This document shows, piece after piece, positions 48,881 to 57,786 of a DNA stretch of 64,000 nt. Positions within the stretch are counted from its first letter, which is position 1, and each line of letters begins with the position of its first letter. This DNA is from an uncultured Clostridia bacterium. GTDB lineage: Bacteria; Bacillota; Clostridia; Christensenellales; CAG-917. The notes under the pieces were generated by a model, which saw only the letters and a list, made by a program, of their open reading frames with translations, was not told the origin of the DNA and did no database searches. The DNA lies in the NCBI GenBank assembly GCA_947589475.1, contig CANQBO010000010.1, positions 3,618-67,617 on the forward strand. The letters run 5' to 3'. A program made the position numbers and the translations under genes.

Positions 48881-49321
48881 ATGCAAACTCTCATGGACAT
48901 CTTGAATGAGATGACAACAAAAAGCAAAAGCGAACTTCGCTCAATGGTAGACAACCTCGCATGTACGGCGCTGGAAGGTCTGCAAAACAATATGGATTTC
49001 AAAGACGCTTGCTACTGCATACTCACCACCGTGTTGGCAACAGTATCCGCAGACGGATATTTCAGCTCCGATGAGTATTATGTCGCACTGCCCGTCATCG
49101 AGGCTATATGCGGCGAAGGATGCACCTATGATCAGACTCTTCAACTCATCAAAAACACAGGCATCGACTCCGCAAAAGTGAGAAATGCCATGGACTATTT
49201 GATCGACCACACCGACTCCACGACCAAATCCGCGATCTTCCTCATCTGCGGCGCTCTCTGCGCGGCGGACAAGTCCCTCAACGACAAAGAGCTCAGCTGG
49301 CTCAACCAACTCGTCGGCTAA
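48881..49321 (+). CDS. TerB-like small helical protein, paralogue 2
   Basis: 146 aa with AAGGAGA RBS. Collinear with paralogue 1; roughly half of the residues are identical by eye. Confidence 0.7.
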   Translation: MQTLMDILNEMTTKSKSELRSMVDNLACTALEGLQNNMDFKDACYCILTTVLATVSADGYFSSDEYYVALPVIEAICGEGCTYDQTLQLIKNTGIDSAKVRNAMDYLIDHTDSTTKSAIFLICGALCAADKSLNDKELSWLNQLVG

Positions 49322-49336
49322 GATCGTCAACTCTAC

Positions 49337-49375
49337 AAAAAAGAGCCGCTTCCCTTTGGGTAGCGGTTTTTTTTT
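49337..49375. terminator. Bidirectional terminator
   Basis: AAAAAA-GA-GCCGCT-tccctttgggt-AGCGGT-TTTTTTTT. Confidence 0.7.
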
Positions 49376-49504
49376 GCAAATATCTTTAAATGGAAATGCG
49401 AGAAAATCAAAATGCTGTGAAAGTCCGAAAAGTTGACACAGCGCGAAGTTTTGACATAGTTCGGGGCGGTCGAGTAGTTTTTGCGAGGAGTAGGCGAGGG
49501 AGGG

Positions 49505-50215
49505 TCAACGGAGTTTGGTCTTTACATAGGCGAGAAGGTCGTTAAAATCGCCGTGGGGATAGCGGGAGATGTCCTCTCCGTTTTTGTTGATGAGGCAAGC
49601 GGGGTTGAGGAATACGCCTATGCCCAGCGTGCTTGCCACCATATCCTCGCCTACGTCGTTGCCGACCATGAGGCACTCGTCGGGGGAAGCGCCGAGAAGC
49701 GAGAGGATCTCGTCGTAATAGAGCGGATTCGGCTTTGAAAAGTGCATAAGCTCATAGGATGTGAACATCATGAAGTCGTCGGGGTCCGCGCCCGTCCACT
49801 TGAGGCGCGCCTTCTGCCCTATTTCGGGGAAAAATGGGTTTGAGGCGAGCACAAGTTTCAGGCCCAAAGCTTTGAGCGCTTTCAGCGTCGGCGCGACAAG
49901 CGGATCGAAACCGCAGACAGCCCTCACCTCGTCGAAGGCGGAGGCGTAGTAGGCGTTCATTATGCCCTCGTCCTCTCGCGCCTTGCTTCCGAAAATGCCT
50001 TCCATGACCTGCCAAAACGCCTCGGAATTTGTCCGACTGCCGTCGTTTAAAGTCATTGCGACGGTGCCCTTCCACATCGCGGTGACAAGCTCGTCCTTCT
50101 TGTAACCGTGCGGAGCTAGATACTTTGACAACGAAGAAAAGTATGCCGCAATGAATTCATCAAGCACCATGGGGAGCAATGTCCCATCCATATCGAAAAA
50201 CACATATTTCAGCAT
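49505..50215 (-). CDS. HAD-IA family hydrolase
   Basis: Start MLKYVFFDMDGTLLP (DxDGT motif, GGTGG RBS). Later motifs are SN, a conserved K, and GNDVGEDM. The track start at 50275 adds 20 unlikely residues. Confidence 0.85.
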   Translation of the reverse strand: MLKYVFFDMDGTLLPMVLDEFIAAYFSSLSKYLAPHGYKKDELVTAMWKGTVAMTLNDGSRTNSEAFWQVMEGIFGSKAREDEGIMNAYYASAFDEVRAVCGFDPLVAPTLKALKALGLKLVLASNPFFPEIGQKARLKWTGADPDDFMMFTSYELMHFSKPNPLYYDEILSLLGASPDECLMVGNDVGEDMVASTLGIGVFLNPACLINKNGEDISRYPHGDFNDLLAYVKTKLR

Positions 50216-50303
50216 AAAACCACCTTTATCTGTTTGATTTGTCCGTATAAACTTAGCTTTTTGGGTATACGGCAACTTTTTTGTTTGCGGAGAGTTTCCC
50301 GCC

Positions 50304-51290
50304 CTAGGCTTGCGCCCTCACAAAGGCTATTTCCGCCTTTGCGCCGTCAAATACGCCTTCATCTTCCGTCATCCTGACATAGAACTTTCCGTCTTTGAAT
50401 GACGCATATTCAAACAGCGCGTCCTGACTTTTCAACGTTTCGAAGAGGCGCAATCGTTCATAGCGTTTGCAAAAAATTCTGTCTTTGTACACGTCGAAGA
50501 AAAAAGGCGCGGTCGTATACATTTTGAAATCTACGCGCGCGTCTATGGATGAAAGCAACATCGGCACGGTGCCGCAATATCCCGATTCCGCGACGGTCAC
50601 TTTGTCGTACGGTATGGCGTCGAGCAAGCGCGCGAGCGTATCCTTGACGCGCGGATAAGTTTTGAGAGTCTTTGCGGTTTCGCGCGCGAAAAACTCTTTG
50701 AACTCATAAAAGTCGTCTATTCCCTCTTCCGCCGCCGAATATATGGGAAGCCTTATCGCGTCGTCGAAATTTTCATTTCCCGATATATCCCTCAAAAAAG
50801 CGCGCCCTATCGGATAGGCATACAGCCCCTCTTTCCCGTCCTTTGCAAGGCACATGTACGGCAAGAGGCAATCGCGCAACAAAAATACGTAAGAGGTGTC
50901 CTTGTCGCGACATAAAAAACGACTGTAGTCGGCGATGTCAAAAAGCAAGTCGCTCCCCTCTTCTTGCGCGGGATCGGGAAGCGAGACGCTCAACGCGCTC
51001 AAAAAATCGTCAAGCGCCCTCTCGCATTTGCCGTAAGTCAAGGGCGTATGCGCATGATATGCTTCAAACGGGCGCGCGCCGTTGCGCTTTAGCACGGCTT
51101 TCAACCTTGTGACGCATCGGAATTTGTCTTCTAACCGCAAGCTGAGAGCATGATAGCCTTCGTCGCACAGGTCGTCGAGCACCTTGAGGAGCTGTTTTGC
51201 CTCGTAAATCTGCGCGTCCGAAAGCGCCCCGCCCTCGTACTCGTCGAGTTTGCGAGCATAATATTTCTCATTGAAAGACAAAAAGCCCAT
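50304..51290 (-). CDS. Hypothetical protein (328 aa), no family recognised
   Basis: Protein-like composition, same strand as its neighbours. 28 nt upstream of the HAD gene and 64 nt downstream of the DUF362 gene. Confidence 0.75.
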   Translation of the reverse strand: MGFLSFNEKYYARKLDEYEGGALSDAQIYEAKQLLKVLDDLCDEGYHALSLRLEDKFRCVTRLKAVLKRNGARPFEAYHAHTPLTYGKCERALDDFLSALSVSLPDPAQEEGSDLLFDIADYSRFLCRDKDTSYVFLLRDCLLPYMCLAKDGKEGLYAYPIGRAFLRDISGNENFDDAIRLPIYSAAEEGIDDFYEFKEFFARETAKTLKTYPRVKDTLARLLDAIPYDKVTVAESGYCGTVPMLLSSIDARVDFKMYTTAPFFFDVYKDRIFCKRYERLRLFETLKSQDALFEYASFKDGKFYVRMTEDEGVFDGAKAEIAFVRAQA

Positions 51291-51354
51291 ATCCGTCCCT
51301 TGCCGCTTGACATTTAGCCGCGCGCCCGCCTATAGCGAACGCGGACAAAATGCG

Positions 51355-52221
51355 TCACAGTTCGACAAGCTCGTATTCCCTGCTGCCTACGCCGAGAGCC
51401 GCCGCCGCTTCAATGGTATGCACGCCGTTTCTGCTTTCGATGCGCTTGAGCAGGTGCTTCTGTCCCGGGTCGTCCTTTGCGGCATAGACGAGGTCGATGC
51501 ACGCTTGGTCTATCGCGACGGGATCCGTCGAGATGAGCACGCCTATATCTTTCATGCAGGGGTCCTCCGCCTTTGCGCAACAGTCGCAATCCACGGACAT
51601 ATTTTTCATGACGTTGATGTAGACGGCATTGCCCTTGAAGTAGTTTACGACGGAGGACGCCGCGTCCGCCATTGCCTCGAGGAATTTGTCGTGGTTTGCC
51701 GTCCACATGAGCTTGGGATGTCCCGCGCCGTGTATATACGCCTTGCCGTAGGACGAGGCAATGCCTATGGAGAGCTGTTTGAGCGCTCCGCCGTAGCCGC
51801 CCATCGGGTGCCCTTTAAAATGGGACAGCACGAGCAGAGAGTCATAATTTGCGAGGTTTTTGCCCACAAAATTTTTCTTTATGACTTTACCTTTTGGAAT
51901 GTCGAGTTGAAGGTCCGGACCTTCCGCGTCGAGCAAATCCACCTTGAAAAGTTTGCTCCAGCCGTGTTTTTCAAAGGTCTTGAGATGTTTTTCGGTGGTA
52001 TTGCGCTCGCCGTCGTACGCGGTGTTGCACTCTACGACGACTCCGCCCACATGCTCGACCGTGGGTTGCCAAAATTCGGGATGAAGGAAGTTTTGATTGC
52101 CCACCTCGCCCGAATGGACTTTGATCGCGACATTGCCGCTCAGTTCCTTGCCCAAAGTCTTGTACAGCCTGAGCACGCTCTGGGGAGTGATCTCCCTTGT
52201 AAAATAAACTTTGACTGCCAT
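51355..52221 (-). CDS. DUF362 domain protein
   Basis: 288 aa. LVLSHFKGHPMGGYGGALKQLSIG and SVDCDCC resemble DUF362 signatures (from memory). Confidence 0.8.
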   Translation of the reverse strand: MAVKVYFTREITPQSVLRLYKTLGKELSGNVAIKVHSGEVGNQNFLHPEFWQPTVEHVGGVVVECNTAYDGERNTTEKHLKTFEKHGWSKLFKVDLLDAEGPDLQLDIPKGKVIKKNFVGKNLANYDSLLVLSHFKGHPMGGYGGALKQLSIGIASSYGKAYIHGAGHPKLMWTANHDKFLEAMADAASSVVNYFKGNAVYINVMKNMSVDCDCCAKAEDPCMKDIGVLISTDPVAIDQACIDLVYAAKDDPGQKHLLKRIESRNGVHTIEAAAALGVGSREYELVEL

Positions 52222-52395
52222 TTCGCACCTCCTATATACGAATATAATAATATAACATCACGCTTAAATCAACTATAAAAAAGACTTATAATTTGCGAAT
52301 TTTTTGCAAATCTTTATAAAATCTTAACGTCGCCGCCCTCACCTTTTATGCAAATTTTATAGACGACGTGCGATAATATTCCGAAGTGAGGAATT

Positions 52396-53715
52396 ATGAA
52401 AGCGATTCTGAAAAGGCTTACGGGCGCACAAGTCATAGCCCTCGGTTTTGCGGGGGCGATACTCATAGGCACACTGCTCCTGCTCCTGCCGTTTTCGACG
52501 AGGAGCGGCAAGTGCGCGGGCTTTATGAACGCCTTTTTCACCGCGACTTCCGCAATGTGCGTCACGGGGCTGGTGGTGCAGGACACATCGACTTATTGGT
52601 CCGTATTCGGGCAGATCGTCATACTGTTGCTCATTCAGATAGGCGGCATGGGCGTAATTTCATTTGCCACGCTCATCGCCATGCTCGCGAAGCGGCGCAT
52701 AGGTCTTTTCGAGCGCAGCACTTTGAAGGAAGCGATCTCCGCGCCGTCCATAGGCGGCATAGTGCGTCTCACGGGCTTTGCGCTCATCTTTACGGTGATA
52801 ATGGAGGGGCTGGGCTTTTTACTGCTCCTCCCCGTATTTTGCAGGGAGTTCGGCGCGATAGGAATTTGGTACAGCCTTTTCCACTCCGTATCCGCATTTT
52901 GCAACGCGGGTTTCGACATCGTGGGCAAGGGCTATTCCTCCCTCACTGCGTATGCGTCAGAACCGCTTTTGAACATAACCATTGTGACGCTCATCGTCGT
53001 CGGCGGCATAGGCTTCACCACGGTGCACGACGTCTTTACTCACAAATTCCGCCTGCGCGCCTATTCCCTTCAAAGCAAAATAGTGCTCATCACAAACGCG
53101 TTTTTGCTTGTCATTCCCGCGCTGTACTTCTGTATATTCGAGTTTAAGGACATGTCCGTCTCGGATAGGATATGGTCGTCCGTATTTCAATCCGTGACGA
53201 CGAGGACGGCGGGTTTCAACACGGCGGACCTCACGACGCTTAGCGACACGGGCATAGCGTTTACCATATTCCTTATGCTGGTGGGCGGCTCCCCCGGCTC
53301 CACGGCGGGAGGCATGAAAACGACGACGCTTGCCGTGCTTTTCATCACCGCGATTTCCGTCTTTCGCCGCAAAGAGGACGCGAATTGTATGCGCCGCCGC
53401 CTTCCCGAGGGCACCGTGAAGGGCGCCGTAGCGATACTCATACTCTATCTCATGCTGTTTTTTGTGGGCGGCATGGCGATAAGCGGCATAGAGGGGCTTC
53501 CCCTCACGACCTGCCTCTTCGAGACGGCTTCGGCGGTGGGCACGGTGGGACTTACGCTGGGCATAACGCCGACGCTTACAGTTGGTTCGAAGATAATATT
53601 GATAATACTTATGTATCTCGGCAGAGTGGGCGCGTTGACGCTTGTGTTTGCGGCATTCACGTCCAGAGTGAAAATTTCGGCAAGGCTTCCCGAAGAGAAG
53701 CTTACCGTAGGATAA
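52396..53715 (+). CDS. ktrB: Ktr/Trk-type potassium uptake membrane subunit
   Basis: 439 aa, multi-TM. Selectivity-filter-like motifs TATSAMCVTGL, IQIGGMGV, RTAGFNT and GGSPGSTAGGMKT. Confidence 0.9.
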   Translation: MKAILKRLTGAQVIALGFAGAILIGTLLLLLPFSTRSGKCAGFMNAFFTATSAMCVTGLVVQDTSTYWSVFGQIVILLLIQIGGMGVISFATLIAMLAKRRIGLFERSTLKEAISAPSIGGIVRLTGFALIFTVIMEGLGFLLLLPVFCREFGAIGIWYSLFHSVSAFCNAGFDIVGKGYSSLTAYASEPLLNITIVTLIVVGGIGFTTVHDVFTHKFRLRAYSLQSKIVLITNAFLLVIPALYFCIFEFKDMSVSDRIWSSVFQSVTTRTAGFNTADLTTLSDTGIAFTIFLMLVGGSPGSTAGGMKTTTLAVLFITAISVFRRKEDANCMRRRLPEGTVKGAVAILILYLMLFFVGGMAISGIEGLPLTTCLFETASAVGTVGLTLGITPTLTVGSKIILIILMYLGRVGALTLVFAAFTSRVKISARLPEEKLTVG

Positions 53716-53725
53716 AGGAGAAAAT

Positions 53726-54373
53726 ATGAAAAACATACTTCTTATCGGGCTGGGTCGTTTCGGGCGGCACATCGCGGAGGAACTGAACAGGCTGAACCAT
53801 CGCATAATGGCGGTGGATATGGACGAAAGCAGAGTCAACGCCGTGCTCGGTTTCGTGACAAACGCGCAGATAGGCGACAGCACGGACAAGATCTTTCTGT
53901 CATCTTTGGGAGTGGACAATTACGACGCGGCGATAGTCGCAATAGGAGACGACTTTCAAAGCTCGCTGGAGACCACTTCCCTGCTCAAGGAGCTGGGAGC
54001 ACGGCACGTCATAGCGCGCGCGTCCACAGAGGTGCACGAAAAGTTTCTGTTGAGAAACGGCGCGGACGAAGTCATATATCCCGAAAAAGAGCTGGCAAAG
54101 TGGACGGCGGTCAAGTGTACGTCCGATCACATCCTCGACTTCATTCCCATTGACGGCGAGCTGTCCATACTTGAGATCACAGTCCCCGACAATTGGCGCG
54201 GCAAGAGCATAATCGCGCTGGACATACGCAAAAAGTATGGAATAAACATACTCGGCATACGCAAAAACGGCAACATCGAGATGAATTTCGACCCTACGAC
54301 AGTGCTGACCGAAAATATGTCCCTGTATGTGGCGGGCGATATGCGCTCAATAAAGAAGTGCCTGCACTTCTGA
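53726..54373 (+). CDS. ktrA: Ktr/Trk-type potassium uptake NAD-binding (RCK) subunit
   Basis: 215 aa. ILLIGLGRFGRHIAEEL Rossmann motif followed by an RCK_C-like C-terminus. Starts 10 nt after ktrB. Confidence 0.9.
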   Translation: MKNILLIGLGRFGRHIAEELNRLNHRIMAVDMDESRVNAVLGFVTNAQIGDSTDKIFLSSLGVDNYDAAIVAIGDDFQSSLETTSLLKELGARHVIARASTEVHEKFLLRNGADEVIYPEKELAKWTAVKCTSDHILDFIPIDGELSILEITVPDNWRGKSIIALDIRKKYGINILGIRKNGNIEMNFDPTTVLTENMSLYVAGDMRSIKKCLHF

Positions 54374-54381
54374 GGTCGAAT

Positions 54382-54732
54382 ATGAAAAGGGACGACAGGT
54401 GTATAGACATAGATGTTACGGACGAAAGGCTGTTGGATGCGCTCGCTTCTCTCCCCGACAGGTGCAGGAGCCTGAACCCATTTTTGCGCTGTACGGTGGG
54501 AGTCGAAAGCGAAAACGAGGCGTTCAAACGCCTGAAGAGGCAGAGATCCGATCTTGCGATAATAAGCGCTCAAGGCAAAATTTCGCGCGCAATAGCGCGT
54601 CTCAGCGTGGGCGGCTACAGCATAATTTGGCGAAGCAAGGACGGTTCGGACCCAAAGCGCGAGTGGATCGTGGGGCTTATTGCGGATATGCTGAAACAAA
54701 ATGATGTACACGGCGAAAATGACGTGATATAA
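54382..54732 (+). CDS. Small hypothetical protein (116 aa) between ktrA and kdpD
   Basis: Internal ATG 54382 of track ORF 54193..54732. GAGG lies 6 nt upstream. It sits 8 nt after the ktrA stop and ends 7 nt before the kdpD start. No family recognised. Confidence 0.5.
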   Translation: MKRDDRCIDIDVTDERLLDALASLPDRCRSLNPFLRCTVGVESENEAFKRLKRQRSDLAIISAQGKISRAIARLSVGGYSIIWRSKDGSDPKREWIVGLIADMLKQNDVHGENDVI

Positions 54733-54739
54733 TGGACGT

Positions 54740-56698
54740 ATGGAAAACGTCTCGGATAAAAATCGGGAATTGCCGACAAGCGGCGAACACGTGCTCGCGT
54801 GCCTGTCCTCGGCGCCGTCCAACGCGCGCATAATACGCACCGCCGCGCAGATGGCAAAGGCGTACGGGGCGAGATTTACCGCGCTCTTCGTGGAAACGGC
54901 GGACTTTGAAAAGGCGTCCCCCGAAAATAAGTCCCGCCTTCAGGCAAATATGGGGCTTGCGTCTGAGCTGGGCGCGGAAATAGAAACCGTTTTCGGCGAC
55001 GACATAGCCTATCAGATCGCCAGATTTTCGGAAGCGGCGGGCATCACCAAACTCGTCATAGGCAGGAGCACTTTCACAAAACAGCGTCTGCCCGGGAAAT
55101 ACGACCTTGTCGAAAATTTGCTCGCCTACGCGCCCGAAGTCGAGATCCACATCATTCCCGACAGATCCGCCGACAACAGATACTCGCCGAAACGCACGCG
55201 CGGAGGGTGGCTTGAGATACTCAAAAATTTGGGCATAAGCGTCTTGATTTTGGGCGTCGCAACCGCGATATGCTACCTCTTTCAATGGCTGGGTCTTGCG
55301 GACGCAAACATGATAATGGTTTACATCTTGGGGGTCTTGGTCACGTCCGTCGCAACGTCGAGCATCGCTTTCAGTATGATCTCGTCGCTTGCGGGTGTGT
55401 TGCTTTTCAACTTTTTGTTTACCGCGCCCGAATTGTCTTTCGCCTCATCCGGGACGGAATACCCCATGACTTTCCTCATGATGTTTACGACCGCGCTCAT
55501 ATCGGGACTGCTTGCCCAGCGCTACAAACGGCAGGCGAGCGGCGCGCACAAAATAGCGCATCGCTTGAGACTGCTCTTCGACACGAACAAGCTCCTCTTT
55601 GCCCAGACGGATCGCGACAGGATAATATCGCTCACGGCGGAACAGCTCATCAAACTTTTCAAGGCGAACGTGCTCATTTTCGACGAGGAAATGAACGATT
55701 TTTACTTCCCCTCAAACAGCTCTTCGCCCGCGACCTATGATGTGCAAACGGAAAAAAAGCGAGCGACGGCAGCTATGAACTCCGCTTCAAAGAGAGGGCA
55801 CGACCAAATCGGCGGGAAGTTCTTCTATCTTCCCCTGCGCGCGAACGACAAACTGTACGGCGCGGTGGGAATGGACTCCGAAGGGCTGAGCGCCTTCGAT
55901 CACGATACGTTCTCCTCCGTCGTGCTGGAATGCGCGCTCGCGCTCGACAACGAGCATATCCGCCGCGACAAGGAGCAAGCGACGATAATGGCGAGCAACG
56001 AACAGCTGAGGGCAAACATATTGCGATCAATATCCCACGACTTGCGCACGCCGCTTACTTCCATATCGGGCAACGCGGCAAATCTGCTTGAAAACGGCGA
56101 AAAATTCGACCCCGAAACGCGAAAACAGTTGCTTTCGGACATATTGAGCGACTCGGATTGGCTCATCACCCTCACCGAAAACCTGCTCGCTTCCACGAGA
56201 ATGGAGGACGGCGCATTTGGGCTTCGACTTTCGGACGAACTCATCGACGACATTGTCGACGCGGCTGTAGGCTATTGCAAAAAGCGCGCGAAGGGACGCG
56301 TCATCTCTCTTTCGTCGAGCGGCGAGCTTATGTTTGTGAGCGTGGACGCAAAACTCATCGTGCAAGTGCTTGTCAACCTCATCGACAACGCCATAAAGTA
56401 TACGCCCGAAGGCTCGCACATAGACGTGAAGATCGAGGACGCGGGCGACAATGTGCGCGTGAGCGTCATAGACGACGGGAACGGCATCTCAAACGAAGAC
56501 AAACCGCACGTGTTCGACAAGTTTTTCAGCGGTTCGCGGGAAATTTCGGACAGTCGCCGCTCGCTGGGGCTGGGTCTATACCTCTGCAAGGCTATAATCG
56601 AGGCGCACGGGGGCGAGATACGCCTCAAGGACAACGTGCCTCACGGTTGCATATTTGAATTCGAACTCAAAAAGAAGGAGATCACGATAAATGAATAA
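54740..56698 (+). CDS. kdpD: KdpD-type sensor histidine kinase lacking the N-terminal KdpD (P-loop) domain
   Basis: 652 aa. Begins with a USP-like domain (HVLACLSSAPSNARIIRTAAQMAKAYGARFTALFVET, GAEIETVFGDDIA, KLVIGRS). Then DUF4118-like TM helices, a GAF-like region, the H-box SHDLRTPLTSI and HATPase motifs (DNAIKYTP, DDGNGI, GLGLYLC). Confidence 0.85.
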   Translation: MENVSDKNRELPTSGEHVLACLSSAPSNARIIRTAAQMAKAYGARFTALFVETADFEKASPENKSRLQANMGLASELGAEIETVFGDDIAYQIARFSEAAGITKLVIGRSTFTKQRLPGKYDLVENLLAYAPEVEIHIIPDRSADNRYSPKRTRGGWLEILKNLGISVLILGVATAICYLFQWLGLADANMIMVYILGVLVTSVATSSIAFSMISSLAGVLLFNFLFTAPELSFASSGTEYPMTFLMMFTTALISGLLAQRYKRQASGAHKIAHRLRLLFDTNKLLFAQTDRDRIISLTAEQLIKLFKANVLIFDEEMNDFYFPSNSSSPATYDVQTEKKRATAAMNSASKRGHDQIGGKFFYLPLRANDKLYGAVGMDSEGLSAFDHDTFSSVVLECALALDNEHIRRDKEQATIMASNEQLRANILRSISHDLRTPLTSISGNAANLLENGEKFDPETRKQLLSDILSDSDWLITLTENLLASTRMEDGAFGLRLSDELIDDIVDAAVGYCKKRAKGRVISLSSSGELMFVSVDAKLIVQVLVNLIDNAIKYTPEGSHIDVKIEDAGDNVRVSVIDDGNGISNEDKPHVFDKFFSGSREISDSRRSLGLGLYLCKAIIEAHGGEIRLKDNVPHGCIFEFELKKKEITINE

Positions 56699-57383
56699 GC
56701 CGTTGATTTTGGTCGTCGAGGACGACCCGTCTGTGCGAAATCTTATCGTCACCACCTTAAAGGCGAACGAGTACAACTTTGTCACCGCGGAGTCGGGCGA
56801 GGAGGGCGCCTCTCAAGCGGCGACCCACAATCCCGACATAATCCTGCTTGACCTCGGACTTCCCGACATCGACGGCGTGGAAGTCATAAAACAGGTGCGC
56901 GGGTGGGCGATAACCCCTATCATCGTGATAAGCGCGCGCAGCGACGACTCCGACAAGATAGACGCCCTCGACGCGGGCGCGGACGACTACCTCACAAAAC
57001 CCTTCTCCGTCGAGGAATTGCTTGCGAGGATAAGGGCGACTCAACGCAGACTCGCATATATGAACAGCGCAAGCTCCTCTTCCGTTTTTGAAAACGGCGG
57101 ACTCAAAATAGACTATGCCGCAGGTTGCGTCTATTTGGACGGCGAGGAGTTGCACCTGACATCCATCGAATACAAACTGCTCTGCCTCCTCGCGCAGAAC
57201 GTCGGCAAAGTGCTCACCCACAAGTTTATCACCGCGAACGTCTGGGGCAGTAGCTGGGACAACGACATCGCCTCCCTGCGCGTTTTTATGGCGACCCTCC
57301 GCAAAAAACTCGAAAGCGCCGACAGCGAAAGACAGTACATCCAAACCCATATCGGCGTCGGCTACCGCATGGTACGATTGTAG
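56691..57383 (+). CDS. kdpE: OmpR-family response regulator (KdpE-type)
   Basis: 230 aa, overlapping the kdpD stop by 8 nt. Receiver domain (LVVEDDPSV, DLGLPDIDG, KPF) plus a winged-helix C-terminus (IQTHIGVGYRM). Confidence 0.9.
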   Translation: MNKPLILVVEDDPSVRNLIVTTLKANEYNFVTAESGEEGASQAATHNPDIILLDLGLPDIDGVEVIKQVRGWAITPIIVISARSDDSDKIDALDAGADDYLTKPFSVEELLARIRATQRRLAYMNSASSSSVFENGGLKIDYAAGCVYLDGEELHLTSIEYKLLCLLAQNVGKVLTHKFITANVWGSSWDNDIASLRVFMATLRKKLESADSERQYIQTHIGVGYRMVRL

Positions 57384-57501
57384 ATTTTGTTTATATGTGG
57401 GCTACGCGCCCACACTGCGGCAAGGGACTTCGTCGCTCCACGCAGGGCTGCTCGCCCCGCTCCCTCGGCAAAGGGCAATTTGCCCTTTGCAAACCCAAAC
57501 T

Positions 57502-57547
57502 AAAAAACGCGAGCTAGGCAAATATTTGCCGTCGCTCGCGCTTTTTT
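57502..57547 (+). terminator. Rho-independent terminator of the ktr-kdpDE operon
   Basis: AAAAAA-CGCGAGC-(taGGCAAATATTTGCCgtc)-GCTCGCG-C-TTTTTT. Confidence 0.7.
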
Positions 57548-57715
57548 GATTGTCTGCAAGCGCCAACCTCCTGCGTGAGAGCTTGATATTTACGTTTGCC
57601 CTGTCCGAGTTTAATACAAAACTTGTACATGCCCCCTTATACACGCCGTTTGTCGTGTCCGAGCATTACCGTCAGCATACCTCGCAAAATTACCGTGCAA
57701 TTTTGCGGGGTATGC

Positions 57716-57744
57716 TTGTAAACAGCGTAGTTGTATGTTATAAT
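57716..57744 (+). promoter_or_regulatory. Sigma-A promoter of the flavodiiron gene
   Basis: TTGTAA (57716..57721), 17 nt, TGtTATAAT (hexamer 57739..57744). GGAGG RBS at 57777..57781. Confidence 0.6.
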
Positions 57745-57786
57745 GTCAAATCGGAAAATAAAAATAAATTTTTTTCGGAGGTAGAT

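Noticed and set aside
52222-52395. Possible c-di-AMP (ydaO/kimA-type) riboswitch upstream of ktrB
   Set aside because: The leader is short and AT-rich, and I could not find the conserved pseudo-twofold ACGGGG/CCCG-type cores. It is most likely only a promoter plus RBS.
57550-57786. N-terminal 79-aa extension of the flavodiiron ORF (track start 57550)
   Set aside because: The extension spans the operon terminator tail, an inverted repeat and a TTGTAA-17-TATAAT promoter. The ATG at 57787 has a GGAGG RBS and begins the canonical flavodiiron N-terminus.
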